From positions 25,048,001 through 25,112,000 of the forward strand of contig NC_043009.1 in assembly GCF_006345805.1 (NCBI RefSeq): a DNA stretch of 64,000 bases, given 5' to 3'. Made by a program: the position numbers and the translations under genes. The stretch comes from Octopus sinensis. Lineage: Eukaryota. Under the pieces are notes generated by a model, which was given only the letters and a program-made list of their open reading frames with translations, was not told where the DNA came from and did no database searches. Positions within the stretch are counted from its first letter, which is position 1, and each line of letters starts with the position of its first letter. This document shows, piece by piece, positions 14,045 through 28,436 of the stretch.

Positions 14045-15149
14045 TATATTATATAAATATATATTATATATAGATATATATATATACATGCAACTTGGGA
14101 AAGTGTCTTCTACTATAGCCTCGGGTCAACCAAAGCCTTGTGAGTGGATTTGGTAGGTGGAAACTGAAAGAAGCCCGATAGAATAAGTACTAGGCTTACA
14201 AAGAATAAGTCCTGGAGTCGATTTGTTCAACTAAAAAAAGGCCTTTCAGGCAGTGCTCCAGCATGGCTGCAGTCGGATAACTGAAACAAGTAAAAGAATA
14301 TATGTGTGTGTATAAATGTATGTATGTATGTATATACGTCTGTGATTTTTGTTTGCTGCACACCATTTGACAACCAGTGTCGGTTAGTTTTACATCACCA
14401 TAACTTAGCGGTTCAGCAAAAGATTCTGATAAAATAATTACCAGGCTTAAACCAAAAGAAAAATAACTCTCCCCCCTCCCACGCCCTTTAAATTGCATGA
14501 GGACTGGGGGTAGATTTCTTCGACTGTAACCCTTTCAAGGCGTCGGCCCAGAATAAAAGCAGTCCTATGCCTGAAACTAGTACTAGACAAGAAAAAACAA
14601 GAATTAGCGACAGGTCTACTTTACAAGTACCCTTATGATACCAAACAACCCCACCAGAGACCAACTCTGGGTCTATGATACAAACTTCACTGTTTAAAAT
14701 GATCGAAGTTAAAAACTTTCCACCAAAATTCTAAAAACATCAGCTCATTTTACAAAATTCTGGGTGAAAATTTACCATAGTTTTCCCAATTAATTGAAAG
14801 AAACGGGGTGTAATTTCATCAGAAATATGGTAACAAAAGGTTTAAAACACTGGGCTAAATAACACACACCAACATTCGGGTGCTATGTACCCCACCAGTG
14901 TACCCGTATATCCTGACGCTGTTTTGTTAGGATTTTTTAGTCAAGAGACATGAAGAAGTAAAAAAGAAATGAGGTCAAGGTTGCTAACCTAACGATTTTT
15001 TTTTATACATACTTTTATTCTGTTATACTCTTGTTCTGTTATTCTTTTTCTAGTTTCGTTGGTGGGCTGTGGCCATACGGGGGCTTGTGTATTTGTTGTT
15101 GTGTTTTTCGTTTTGTTTTTAAAGATTAAACTATGATTGAACAAGAAAA

Positions 15150-15660
15150 TACATAACATACACACATGTATATATACATATATATACATATACATACACA
15201 TATATATACATATATATACGTATACATACACATATATATACATATATACACATATATATACATATATATACATACATATATATACATATACACATATATT
15301 ACATATACACATATATACATACATGTACACATATATACATACATATACACATATATATATACATATACACATATATACATATACACACATATATATATAT
15401 ACACACATATATACATATACACACATATATATATATACACACATATATATATACACATATATATACATATATATATATACATATACATACATATATGTAT
15501 GTATATGTGTGTGTGTATATATATATATGCATACACACACACACATATATATACATAAACATGTATATTCATGTATGTACGCATACACGTGCATACAAAC
15601 CCATATATATGCATATACGTACACATACGCACATATATACATACATATGTGCACTTACAT
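15150..15660. repeat. Compound (TA/CA)n microsatellite
   Basis: Direct reading. It explains the overlapping YI/HT/CV ORFs. Confidence 0.95.
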
Positions 15661-15872
15661 ATACGCAAATATATACATACCAACACATGCAAGCATGGAA
15701 AAGCGGAGCGAGAGAGAGAGAGAGGAAGAGAGACAAAAGCTGAGAGAGATAGAGAGAGGTTTCCATATAAATCTATGGATGCGCATTCAGGCATACACAT
15801 GTATAAACACGCACACGCACCACACATACATAAATACACGCCCACATACAGAACACGTGTACAACATATAAA

Positions 15873-15909
<37 letters not shown>

Positions 15910-16272
15910 ACACAAAATATACAAATACGCGCGCGCACACACACACAAAACGGGCGTTAAATAATGACTATATAAAACTATACGTAAGTATATAGATGTG
16001 CTTGTGTGTGAAAGTGTATGTGTGTGTGTGTGAAAGTGTATGTGTGTGTGTGTGTATGACTGAGATTTATACTAAGCAGCGGCATTATTTATTCACACGG
16101 CAGATCATCATCCGTGAAAATAGCAGAGAAATTCTGCTTAGAAGGAGGAAGCTGATCATATCAAGATCCACTTACACTGCCATCACCTCCTCCTCCGCCT
16201 ATAAAGACGTGAGAGAGAGAGAGGATCGGGAAGAGCTGAATATGTGGCGGTGGCGGTGTTACAGCCGCGATG

Positions 16273-16309
<37 letters not shown>

Positions 16310-16324
16310 GGGGGGGGGGTAGTT

Positions 16325-16534
16325 CTTTTATTCGTTTCAGTCAGTTGACTGCGGCCATGCTGGAGCACCGCCATGAAGGGATTTTTTTTTTTAGTCGGAG
16401 AAATTGAAGCCAGAATTTATTCTTTGTAAACCTAGTATTTATTCTGTCGGGCTATTTTGCCGAACTGCTAGATTACGGGGACATAATCACACCAGCATCA
16501 GTTGTCAAGTGATGGCGAGGGGACAAAGAAAACA

Positions 16535-16581
<47 letters not shown>

Positions 16582-17190
16582 ATATATATATATGTGTATA
16601 ATGTATGTATATATATGTATACACATACACACGACGGGCTTCTTTCAGTTTCCTTCTCCCAAATCCACCCACAAGGCTTTGGTCGGCCCGGGTCTATAGT
16701 ACAAGAAACTTGCCCAAGGTGCCACGAAGTGGGACTGAACCCGGAACCATGTGGTTGGGAAGCAAGCTTCTTTGGGATTTACGTGTTTTCGTTTCATCCC
16801 ATCTTTTATAAATTTCAGTAATTGAACCGCGGCCATGCTGGAGCACCCACCCAGAAAGGTTTTCGGGTTAACAAATCACCACTAGGAGTTACATTTTAAT
16901 CGAAGTCGGCTACTTATTCTATCGGTCTTTTTTGCTGAACCGTTAAGTTACAGGGGAGCGTAAACAAATCACCTGTTGTCAAGCGGTGGCGGAAGACAAA
17001 ACCTCAACGCAAGGCACAAACATTCATACGTGTGTATATGTGCGTATACATATGTACCAGACGGGCTTCCACACAGTTTCCGTCATCCAAATGTACTCAC
17101 AAGGCTTTGATCAGCCCAAAGCTATAGAAGACACTTGCTCAAGGTGTCACAGTGGGACAATACCACGAGGTTAGGAAGCAAGATTCTCAC
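16325..17190 (-). mobile_element. Two tandem SINE family A copies
   Basis: Tails at ~16335 and ~16815, heads ending at ~16770 and ~17190. Confidence 0.75.
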
Positions 17191-18179
17191 ACAATGTGTG
17201 TGTGTGTGTGTGTGTAAAATGAGATTCATTCATTTATTTTTGTTTTTATATTATGTATTTTATTTTATTTGTTGTAAACTTGTTGATTAACCTCATGTCA
17301 TCTGCGACTGAATTCACTTTTGATCACTAACGTTCTAACCGTGACTACCACGCCGTCTTCAAATACTGTGTTACTTCTATCAAGTAGTAAATTATATAGC
17401 AGCATAATTTTGATTTTGAAAATATGAAGCAACATGGCCGAGCAGTTAGATTGTTTCGTTCTTTGGGGGTAGGGAGGTTGTGTGTGGTGGAACCCTCTCG
17501 ATTAGTTAATCGTAGTTTCGATTCGCGTACCCGACTGGACGGCACCGGGTGATGTTGTGTCCTTGAGCAAGACACTTGATATCATGATGCACAAGTCGCC
17601 GTTGACCGAAAAATCAACGGCAGCTAGGGTGGATAATCCTGCGACAGGCCGGTATCTGAAGGAATTTATGTGTTGAGTGTACCTACTCTTAAAACAGCTT
17701 ACGGTTATTATTCCCAAATTAAGGTGAAGGTCAAACTTATCTTTTATCATTACGTGGTCAATAAAATAAGCGCCAACAGAGCATTGGAAGGTCGACTTCG
17801 GTAACCGTAGCCACCCCAGTGGGTGGAAGATCGGCTTAGTGCATATATTACAAATACTTAATACGGTGTTGTTATTGCTGATCTGAGGAGTCAGGTCCAA
17901 GCTGAGCTGTGTCATTGTACACTGAGTTCATGAACTGATGTACCAAATAACCGTTTTGCTCAGCTGGGAAACAATTATGAGAACATTTTTGATTAGCCAA
18001 GTAAGTAATCTTGGTCTTGTCCCAGAAATGTAGCTTTGACCAATATTTCTTTTTCTCATATTCCGTTCTGATGTCTCCTTCATCCGTCGTCTTTACTACA
18101 AGCATAATAAATACGCAAATATATATTAGGCAGATATTACAAACTTAATTAATAATACTAATTATAATCCTCTCGAATA

Positions 18180-18424
18180 TAGGAACACAACCTGAAAGTT
18201 GCAGGGAAGGGGAAAGTCGACGACATTGACCCCGAAAGAATGAAAGGCAAAGTCGACCTCGACGGAATTTGAACTCAAGACGTGAAGAGCCAAAAGAAAT
18301 GATGCTTAAGCATTTTGTCCGACGTGCTAATGACTCTTTCAACTCGCCGCCTGATATTACTAAATAGGCAACATAATGATTATCAGCATCTTTGTCACAA
18401 TAATCATCACTCCTACATAATAAC

Positions 18425-18468
<44 letters not shown>

Positions 18469-18682
18469 CCTTTCTACTCTAGACACAAGACCTGGAATTT
18501 TGTAGGAAGGGGCAAATCGATTGCATCGACCCCGTCTTTCACTGCTACTTAATTTATCGACCCCGAAAGGATGAAAAGCAAAGTAGCCCTCGGCGGAATT
18601 TGAACTCAGAACATAAAGACGGACGAAATATCGCGAAGCATTTCATCCAGCGTGCTAACGGTTCTGCCAGCTCGCTGCCTTG
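18180..18682 (-). mobile_element. Two SINE family B copies
   Basis: CCCCGAAAG..GAAAGGCAAAGTCGACCTCG..GGAATTTGAACTCA. Flanked by (AAT)n and (GAT)n. Confidence 0.8.
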
Positions 18683-19941
18683 ATGATGATGATGATGATG
18701 ATGATAATGATGATGGTGGTGGTGATGTGATGATGATGTTGTTGTTGTTGTTGTTGTTATGGAAAGCGGCAATTTCTTATCAGATATGAAGACGAAAGAT
18801 TTTTTAAAAGGCGGGGGAAGAGAATATTAGGGAACCGCTATGGAAACAACGAGGAGGGCGTGGAGGAGAGGCAGAGGGGAATCGGGGTGGATGAAGGGGA
18901 GGCACAAGACCCTGAACAAGTGAATTATCATGTTGGGGCAAAATAATTTTCAAGTAAAATATAAATACTGGAGTAATTTAAAATTGCCGTATATACACAT
19001 ACATGGCATGTATTATATTGCGTCAGTGTGTGTGAGTGTATTATACACACACACACGTGAATATATAATATATATATATACACATACGTACATATACACC
19101 CCCCCATAAACAGTATGTTTATACATGTATGCATATGTATATGTAAGCATACTTACATGTGTGTTTGTATGATATATATATGTAATATACATATGTATAT
19201 AATATAACATACACACATAAATACACGTGTATAATACATATATGCAAATAAACATTTAAATAGGTGTGTATACAAATATGCATATGTCTGTGTATATATA
19301 CTTGTGTGTATGAAAATGGTTTGCTGTTTAGAAACTTTTGATTTAGAATATTTATTAGCTGACATAAGAACAATTTTGCGAAGTATAGATTATACATATC
19401 TCAAGAAAAATGTATATGCTTGCGGGGGGGACACACACACAAAGTATACACTCACTAGACTATAGAAGCGTACAAACACACAACGTCAGAAGAAACAAAC
19501 CGGCGCGAGTGCAGGTGCGTGGTCATTCCACCTGCTAGAAACAGCAGTTAAATCTCCTCCTATTAAATACTACAATTTGAAACCACACAAATAATTCTTG
19601 CTTCTCTTTTGCAAAAGACAGAACTGGGTAACCAGGAAGGTGGGAGATAAATAGCAGAGAGTCAAAGAGCTCATTAAAGAAATTACATACGCACACAGAT
19701 GAAGGAAACGAGAGACACAGAGAGATCATGAGAGGCGTGTTTATGAGTGTAATACATATATATATATATATGTGTGTGTGTGTATGTACTCATTCAAATG
19801 CATTAAATACCTACATATACATATATAAATATATACATAGATATAAAAAGGATGCACAATATGCATGTAAAATATATATATACATATAAGCACACAGATA
19901 ATGCATTTGTATATATGGTAGTGTGTACACACACACACATG

Positions 19942-19983
<42 letters not shown>

Positions 19984-20045
19984 CATAATATATGTGTGTA
20001 TGTTTGTGTGCGCATTCGTATATGTAAATACTAATAGATACATAG

Positions 20046-20087
<42 letters not shown>

Positions 20088-20179
20088 GTCCGCCCGCGCG
20101 CGCTCATCTACCAATACTCGTGTCTAGAAAAATTACTGGAGATGAATAATCTTCGCAGTACCAAGCCATAATATAAATA

Positions 20180-20210
<31 letters not shown>

Positions 20211-20723
20211 ATGTATATGAATATATATGTGTATAACTAAAAAAGCTGAATCTAAAGTAGAATGATGACTTAAGTGCATAAGAGAGTTGGTCAAGGATGT
20301 ATTATGTGTGTATTTGATAGAAATATATGCACAGCATGTGTGTATGTATGTATAAATATATATATATATATATATGTGTGCGTGTGTGTGTGTCTGTATG
20401 TATGGGTCATCATTGACAATACCATGCTCGGGTATGTGTATACACTTATACACACACACACGTATAAATGCACGAGAAAAACGAGATGAGAAACAAATGT
20501 GCTTTATATGTTAAAGTCTACGAACATGTCTATGTATGTATGTGTGTATGTATATATGAGTATGTACCTATGTATGAGTGTATGTATGTATTTAAGCATG
20601 TAGACCGATCACATACAGAAACATACGCACTTATAGACATCACGAGAAATGATACTAGGAAACAAAAGTTTTACATAAGTATGTATGTGTGTGTGTGTGT
20701 GTGTGTGTGTGGGTGTGTGTGTG

Positions 20724-20777
<54 letters not shown>

Positions 20778-21440
20778 TCACATACATACATACATACATA
20801 CACATCTCTATATGTGTGTTCTTTTACTTATTTCAGTCATTTGACTGCAGCCATGCTGGAGCACAGCCTTTAGTCGAACAAATCGACCCCAAGACTTATT
20901 CTTTGTAAGTCTAGTATTTATATTATTGGTCCCTTTTGCCCAGCCGATAATTTACGGGGACGTAAACACACCAACACAAGTTGTCAAGCTATGGTGGAGG
21001 GGGGAACGCTAACTTAGACGCAAATATATATATATATATATTTATTTATTTATTTACGGCGGGCTTCTTTCAGTTTCCGCCTACCAAGTCCTCACACTGC
21101 TTTGGTCGAGGCTATAGTAGAAGACAGTTGCCACGCATTGAGTATACAATATATATATATATATACACATATATTATATGCACTTGTATATGTACATATA
21201 TACATGTCTATAATATAGAGGGTATAACTATATAATATATATGATAGTTATATATATTCATATATATTCTAGTTAACTAAAGGAACAACATTCTTACAAG
21301 AAATACATGGTAGTCAGAAATATATATATATATATATATATATATATCTATATATATATATATATAACACATGGAGAAAGAATAAAGAAAATTGAAGTTT
21401 CACTTCTATGCGTGTCTGTAGTGTGTGTGTGTTTGAGTGA

Positions 21441-21488
<48 letters not shown>

Positions 21489-23859
21489 ATACACACACCA
21501 CAACACACCACACACACAGCAATTATAAACTTGCAATTATGAATGCCCTAAAAGACAAAAAGCAAATCCAGCTAGATAAAATTTCTTCCTAATTAAAATA
21601 CCATAAATAATATTATTTTAAAAAAATAGATGAATACTTGTACATAATAACGCAACCTATACAATAATGACAACATCAAATAATTTAATAAACATTATAA
21701 TAACATAATTTATATAATGAATGACATTACACGCGATATAGAAAAAATGAATATTTCGTTATCGCAAGCAAAGGATCTTGTTTAAATTCCCTTACACCAT
21801 TAAAAAATTTTCTAATTTTTTGGTTCTTAGAATGTAGTTTTGTTTACTGCTGACGGGAATCATATTAATTCTTTGGAGAAATTGATAATAAAAATGTTTC
21901 ATGCGTTTAAATCAATCGTGGGCAAAGTGCGGTTTAGGGAACTTTCTGAAGAAAATTGGATTCAATATTTTTCTTTCTTTTTTTTTTTAATAGTGTGGCC
22001 CGCTTGATCATGAACCGAGTTGTATGTGGGCCCGCTCTTCGGAAAACAGGTTGTTGTTGTTCATGCCTGTTTTGGAGGGATGTATAAAGAATGTGATGTT
22101 CTTAGTTTTTCGTTTTTTCGTCATGGAAAATTTGATAGAAATTCTGACGGTGAGAAGAAATTTAAAAAGTGAAAAACCCACAAAAAAAAAAAAAAGAAAA
22201 ACACGAAAGGCAGAAGTTTGTAACATTTTACATAGATGTGTGTGTGTGTGTGTGTGTGTGTGTTATGTTTACGATCTTCAAAACAGAAAAAAAAAAAGCG
22301 ATGTAGTTCCTGTTTGTGTCCCAATAGATAACTGTCCCAGCAAAATAATACAGATCTTTTAATTAAAATAAGGGCCACCAGTTTGAAATAATCGACTAGG
22401 GTCGATCGATATACATGACTGATTTACGAAAGAAGAAAAAAACACAAAAAGAAACTTGTGAAGCGATCCAACCCGAGCATGGGCGCAGTCCAAGACACAC
22501 GTACGCGCACCTGCAGGCTGTCATCAGTGGAGAGGAACACGGAGGGGCTTGGTACAAGAAGTCAGTATGTGAACACTTCAGTATCAACACGTTTCGTTTT
22601 ATACATGTGGGAAGAGAGAAAGACAGGGAATGCAGATGGGTGTCGACAGACAGACAGACAGATAAATCTTTTTTTTTTATCGTTCATCGTTTACTTGTTT
22701 CAGTCATTAGACAGCGGCCATGCTGGGGCACCACCTTGAAAAATTTTCAATCGAATGAATCGACCCAGGTATTTATATTTTAAGTCTGGTACTCATTCTA
22801 TCGGTCGATTTTGCCGAAGCGCTAAGTTATGGGGATGTAAACACACCAACACCAGTTGTCAAACGGTGTTGTGAGGACAAACACACACACGTAGAACGTA
22901 GGATACATCATATATATATATATATATATTAGTATATAGATATATATATATATATAGGCTTCTTTCAGTTTCCGTCTCCAGATTCCACTTACAAGGCTTT
23001 GGTCTGTCTGAGGCTATAGTAGAAGACACTTGCCCAAGGTGCCACGCAATGGGACTGAACCTGGAACCATGTGGTTGCGAAGCAAACTTCCTACTAGACA
23101 GCCACTCCTGCGCCTACACACATACAGATGAGACAGACAGACGGATTCATATGTTCGGGAAAATCTACTTTTTTTCGTCTTATATATATATTTGCCCCAA
23201 TATTAGACTATTTTCTTTAGTCATTCCACGGTGATCGCTTATAAGGTTTACACTTATAGATTATTATTTATTATTACTTACGGAATTGTGAAAATCGACG
23301 CTGCTTAGCAAAGACCATTGCCCCCACTCCGCCATATATATATATATATATGATGTAAGTAAAAAGAGCGGGTGGGTGAATAAACGCGAAACTGTGTGGG
23401 TGCGTGACTGATTGTGACAAGTGCTAATCGGTATATGCGTGAGTGTTGAGTATAATAATGCGTGTAGGTCTTGAGACTATGACCGTGTGTGTGTAATTAT
23501 ATAATTACACCCACACACACACGGGGGTTTGAGCTAAAAGTACCGGTTCTTTTTAAACTAGAAAGTTTCTTTATTCCCAACCTCACACGCTCACCCTACC
23601 TTCACATGCCCTGTAAATTCGACGCACCCTTGAACGTAGCCTTAACCCTTAAACACACCGAACCGAGAGGAAGTAAGAGAGAAGGAAGTTAACGTGTTCT
23701 GAATAAACTAACTGAAAGCTCGACGCTCAATAACAAAAGGAGACGAAAGACAAAAGGAGAGGGGAAAACGTCACCAGCGGAAGGCAGGAAATTTATAGAC
23801 AATTTAAAAGTTCAGGAAGACGACACAGAATGCGAGAGTGCAAGCGTGTGTGTGTGTAT

Positions 23860-24745
23860 TACTCTTACTCTTTACTCTTTTACTTGTTTCAGTCATTTCA
23901 CTGCGGCCATGCTGGAGCACCGCCTTTAGTCGAGCAAATCGACCCCCGGGACTTATTCTTTGTAAGCCCAGTACTTATTCTATCGGTTCTCTTTTGCCGA
24001 ACCGCTAAGTGACGGGGAGTAAACACACCGCATGGTGTCAAGCAATGCTAGGGGGACAAACACAGACACCCAACATACACACACACTTATATATATATAC
24101 ATTATACGACAGGCTTCTTTCAGTTTCCGTCTACCAAATCACTCAACAAGGCATGGTCGGCCCGGGGCTATAGCAGAAGACACTGCCCAAGATGCCACGC
24201 AGTGGGACTGAACCCGGAACCATGTGGTTGGTTAGGCAAGCTGCTTTACAACACAGCCACTCCTGCGCATATATATATGTATGTGTATATATTATACTCT
24301 TTTAATTGTTTCAGTCATTTGACTGTGGCCATGCTGGAGCACCGCATTTAATCGAGCAAATCGACCCCGGGATTTATTCCTTGTAAGCCTAGTACTTATT
24401 CTATCGGTCTCTTTTGCTGAACCGCTAAGCTACGGGGACGTAAACACACCAGCATCGGTTGTCAAGGGGGGGGGGAGAAACACAGACACACAAACATATA
24501 CACACACACCATACATACACACACATATATATCTATATATATACATACATACACACACACACATATATATATATATACATATATACGACGGGCTTCTTTC
24601 AGTTTCCGTCTACCAAATTCACTCACAAGGCTTTGGTCAGCCCGAGGCTATAGTAGAAGACACTTGCCCAAGGTGCCACGCAGTGGGACTGAACCCGGAA
24701 CCATGTGGTTGGTAAGCAAGCTACTAACCACACTCCTGCGCCTAG
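23860..24745 (-). mobile_element. Two tandem full-length SINE family A copies (young)
   Basis: Near-consensus copies at ~23860-24270 and ~24295-24745 with CpGs retained. Confidence 0.85.
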
Positions 24746-24756
24746 AAATGAAAGGA

Positions 24757-24828
24757 TGCGTCGGCCGGGAGTCGAACCGAGATCGACTGCTTGGAAGGCA
24801 ACCATGCTAACCTTTACACCACCATATA
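24757..24828 (-). pseudogene. tRNA-Gly(TCC) pseudogene
   Basis: Minus strand TATATGGTGGTGTAAAGGTTAGCATGGTTGCCTTCCAAGCAGTCGATCTCGGTTCGACTCCCGGCCGACGCA matches eukaryotic tRNA-Gly-TCC. The first 5 nt of the acceptor stem (expected GCGTC) are replaced by TATAT, and the T-stem has mismatches. Confidence 0.85.
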
Positions 24829-26652
24829 TAACTATATATTTTGGGGAAGGGGACTAGTTGATTTACAAGATTTGAAACCGTTACAGACACTGCGTTGGTT
24901 ACGACGTCGAGTGTTCCAGTTGTTCTGATCAACGGAACAGCCTGCTCGCGAAATTAACGGAGAAGTGGCTGAGTACACCACAGACACGTGTACCCTTATA
25001 ATGTAGTTTTCAACGGACTGCAGCAACGTGAAGTAAAGTGTCTTGCTCAAGGATACAGCGCCGACCGTGAGCCGAATGCTTTAATCAATAAGTCGTTTCA
25101 GTTATAATTATTGCATTCTCGTTCTTTACGATCTGAGTTCAAATCCCGCTGAGGTCAACATTGCCTTAAGTACCACTCAAGTACAGTTATTTTATAAATG
25201 TCTAAATACCGTAAGGTATTCTGGGTTCAAATGCCGCTGTGGTCTTCTTTGCTTTTCAACTCTCTGGAATCGATAACTTACAATACCAATCAAATACTGG
25301 AATCGCCGATATAATCGATTAACAAATTTCTAGCCTTATGTCTATACTAAAAATTATTATGAACAATACTAAAAAAAAAAATTAACAATGAATAGATGTA
25401 ATCGATGTTGTATTAACATCAGACGATAGACAACCCCAGTATGTAATAATCGTTTCTACTATAGACACAAGGCTCGAAATTTTGTGGGAGGGGGTCAGTC
25501 GGTTAGATCGCACACAGTACGCAACTGGTACTTAATTTATCGATCCCGACAGGATGAAAGGCAAGGTCGACCTCGGCAGAATTTGAACTCAGAACGTCAA
25601 GACAGACGAAATACTGCCAAGCATTTCGCCCGGCGTGCTAACGATTATGATCGCTCGCCGTCTTATAAAATATGTAATAATAAAAATAGTGAGCTTACTA
25701 TACAGTGCTCACGTTCACTACCACTCGTCGGGGAAATGGTGAAAAGAGACGACAGAAAGCGACGGATAAATTAATTGAAGAAGGACAGCAGCTTGATGGC
25801 TTGATGGGCATTACACAATACACTGAGTTAAACACAAAAATAGAGAAAAGTGAACGTTTAAAAAAAAGTTATAAAGAATAAGGTTGCATGGCCATGCCAA
25901 GAGTAGCGTTGGTACATTTCAGGAAGCATGGAATTTGTGTCATATGTATGTGTGTGTGTGTGTGTGTGTGTGGTATTGCATTGTTGTAAAATGTGGCACA
26001 CGAGGACGACGAAGGAAAATACGGAAAACAAGGGGAAAAAACACACAAAGGGCGTGGACAGCACATCCTTCATCAGTTATCGACCAAAAGTCATCATAAT
26101 TTTGACACTTTATTGATAATATTGTTCAGTTTGGCGGCGTCAGCAGGCAAAATGCTGCTGGGCTATAAATGAGCGAATATGAAGGACAGAATAAGACAAA
26201 CACAAAACAAGACAGGTTCCCAAGACAGAACGGTAAAAAGGGCGAGTTATGAGGGGAACGGGGGGGGGATATATAAAACCAAAGGAAAGTGATAGTAACG
26301 AAGAGACACACACACACACACACACACACATATATTGTATTTCGGGACGGTCATTTTATTTATTTATTTATTTATTTTCCAAATAAACACACGAAACGAA
26401 CTATATATTTGTTCTTCACTTGTTTATTACAGTTCTTATTCTAACTCATGTCCATTGTCCGGAAATCCTTCGTCACACATCTGTGACCTCTTTAGCGACA
26501 CTTTCTATCTTCGTGCGTGCACTTATTCTGCTTATTCCTTTGTTCTGTATTTATTTGGCAAAAAAAAAAATAAAATAAAAATGACCATCCCGAAATACAA
26601 CAATATCTGTTTCAACACTCAACTTTAAAACAGGAATCTTGCAATACAAATT

Positions 26653-26690
<38 letters not shown>

Positions 26691-26870
26691 GTCTGTCCCT
26701 TCACCATCGCTTGACAACCGATGTTAGCATGTTTACGTGCCCGTGACATAGCAGTTCGGCAAAAGAGGCAAAAGATAGAAGAAGTACTAGGCTTACAAAG
26801 AATAAGTCCTGGGTCGATTCGTTCGGCTAAAGGCAGTAGTCCAGCAGGGCCGCATTCAATGATTGAAACA

Positions 26871-26961
<91 letters not shown>

Positions 26962-27494
26962 TTGTGATAAGCTTATTGTATAGTGCTCAGTGAGGGCGCA
27001 TGGCCTAGATAGTGGTTAGGACATTGCACTCTTGATCAAGAGAGACAATGATTCTAATTCATGGATTAAGTTACGCGTTGTCTCCTTGAGCAGAACAATT
27101 CGCTTCACGTTGCTCTGAGATCACTTCGACACCTCACACGTAATTCACCGCGCACCTGTTCAGGTAACGTGGATTTGGAGGAAGGAGGCAGTGGCCTCAA
27201 GTACAGCACATATATATGACCACTATAGACACACCATATGTGCAGGTTGTTTGGCAAGAACAACCTGGACTACGAGAGATTTAGTATCAAACAGTGCTCA
27301 GGTGCGATAAAACCTGTCGGAAAATGGTGAAAGACGGATTAGAAGCAGCAGTGATAGCCAGAAGTATAAGACAGAAAAGTGAACAGTAAAATGACTAAAA
27401 AAAAAAAAAAAAGGAAAGGGTACGTTGACACGTCAGGAGCAGAGATGGCAAATTTCGGCGAACATGGAATTTCTGAAAGATTGTACAATTAGGC

Positions 27495-27727
27495 ACTAGG
27501 CCCGAAATTTCTGAAAATTTGTACATTTAGGCACGACACGAAATTTTAGGGAGGGGGCCAGTCGGTTAGATCGACCCCAATACGCAGCTGATACTTAATT
27601 TATCGACCCCGAAAGGATGAAGGCAAAGTCGATCTCAGCGGAATTTGAACTCAGAACGTAAAGACAGACGAAATACCGCTAAGCATTTCGCCCAGTGTGC
27701 TAACGATTCTGCCAGCTCACCGCCTTA
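27495..27727 (-). mobile_element. SINE family B (full-length copy)
   Basis: Head AAGGCGGTGAGCTGGCAGAATCGTTAGC and Deu/Nin-like core. Similar copies at 25455-25660 (-), 37310-37490 (-) and 48876-49260 (+). Confidence 0.8.
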
Positions 27728-28360
27728 GGATTGTAGTGTTCTGACAGCTTACAACTGACGTGGATGTTTTATTCCATGCTTCGACAATTCCGAGAGCTGG
27801 CTGGCTGGTTGGTTGGTTGAATGGGTGGATGGATGAGAAAACGAAAAGTATCCACGATGCAGGATTAGCAGAAATTGGTTACAATAAATAGGTTGGAAAG
27901 GGGAAGTGTGTAAATGTTGCTTAAGATTCTTCGATCTGGAATTACGTAATTGATACCATTGTCTTTCTTTAATGTCTTCTTTTACCTGTCCGACTCACTG
28001 GTCTGCGGCCATGCTGGGGCACCACCATGCAAAATATTTTTCAGTCAGATAAATAGACCACAGTACTTCTCTTTCTGAAGTCTAGTATTCTTTCAATTGA
28101 TCTTTCTTTGTCGATCCGCTCAGTTTTGGGAACGTAAACAAACACTGGTTGTCATACAGAGGGTGGGGGAGGGAGACAACACACACATATATATATACAC
28201 ATACGACGGGCTTCCACACAGTTTCCATCGACCAAATCCACTCATAAGGCATTGGTCGAACTGCAGCAATAAAAGAGACTTGTCTAAATTGCCGGACAGT
28301 AGAACTGAACCTGGAACCATCTGGCTAAAAACGAGCTTCTTAACCACATAATTATGCTAA

Positions 28361-28436
28361 CAGGGGTGTGGAATCGAAACAAAAAAGCTTCGATTCCGAC
28401 TCCTGTTCTGTTGGCGACTCCGACTCCACAGCCCTG
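28361..28436. mobile_element. 76-bp hAT-like MITE
   Basis: TIRs CAGGGGTGTGGAATCG / CGACTCCACAGCCCTG. Degenerate 8-bp flanks TATGCTAA / TACGCCAG (5/8 identical). Confidence 0.6.

Noticed and set aside
14989-15960. Long ORFs (up to 272 aa) rich in YI/HT/CV
   Set aside because: These are translations of (TA/CA)n microsatellites, which are stop-poor in several frames. The same applies to most ORFs in the track.
24757-24828. Functional tRNA-Gly gene
   Set aside because: The acceptor stem cannot form (5' strand replaced by TATAT) and the T-stem is mismatched.
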